A DNA stretch of 64,000 nt from Takakia lepidozioides (Eukaryota; Plantae; Bryophyta), in assembly GCA_030704615.1 (NCBI GenBank), contig CM060734.1:6572001-6636000 (forward strand), written 5' to 3'. Below are positions 63,670-64,000 of this stretch, in pieces (position 1 is the stretch's first letter; the number at the start of each line of letters is the position of its first letter). The position numbers and the translations under genes are program-made. The notes under the pieces were generated by a model. It did not search any database and had not been told where the DNA came from. It saw only the letters and a list, made by a program, of their open reading frames with translations.

Positions 63670-64000
63670 CGCTGCCATGGATTGTGTCCCGGCTCATTGT
63701 GTTACTTTGCTGCTTCTCCATCGCATGGATCTCAAGCTCAATCATGCCCTATACTGGCTCTTTCTTGCGCTCCATTTGAGCTTTACAGCAAGTGATTCCA
63801 AGATCTACTTCGCCTCCCAGCTCACTCAAGGATCTAACTACCCGGACTACCTAACTGATTACGAGCATCTCAACAACCGTGGCCCGTATGGATACTTCCT
63901 AGCGCTATCAGCCCCACTGGAGCTCTATCTACAAAACGGATCACCATCAACAATCGGGAGTTTGTCATCCACCCCCCAGTGTTGGAGGGAGCTATGTGCT

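Overview
Repeat-dense eukaryotic DNA, most likely from a seed-free land plant (inferred from PLS-class PPR fragments, plant-type RPN6, a CFL1-like gene, GT-AG introns and plant TE lineages). Only one host gene looks intact: a two-exon WW-domain/zinc-ribbon CFL1-like gene at about 23.2-24.9 kb. The rest is nested, decaying mobile DNA. (1) At 1-20.2 kb, two inverted copies of an intron-containing gene fuse a ParB/Srx-fold domain (DGNHR) to a bacterial-type beta-class amino (N6A/N4C) DNA methyltransferase domain. These copies flank a MULE-type DDE/SWIM transposase and an orphan ORF, and lie tail-to-tail with a CACTA transposase. Arrays sharing an AATT(T)CGGCGCC core run through this block. (2) A 5.1-kb Pack-CACTA carries RPN6 and PPR fragments. 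(3) A chromovirus Ty3 remnant carries a hAT-like insertion and a tRNA-derived SINE; two more copies of that SINE lie nearby. (4) A ~1-kb-unit satellite shows an A/B alternating higher-order structure. (5) A second PPR-fragment block ends in a CACTA terminus. (6) A ~12.4-kb non-chromovirus Ty3 element lacks RNase H/integrase and carries extra ORFs. The best candidate for an undescribed system is the transposon-associated ParB-methyltransferase gene with its 146-bp palindromic intronic array. All calls were made by eye, and no alignments or searches were run.
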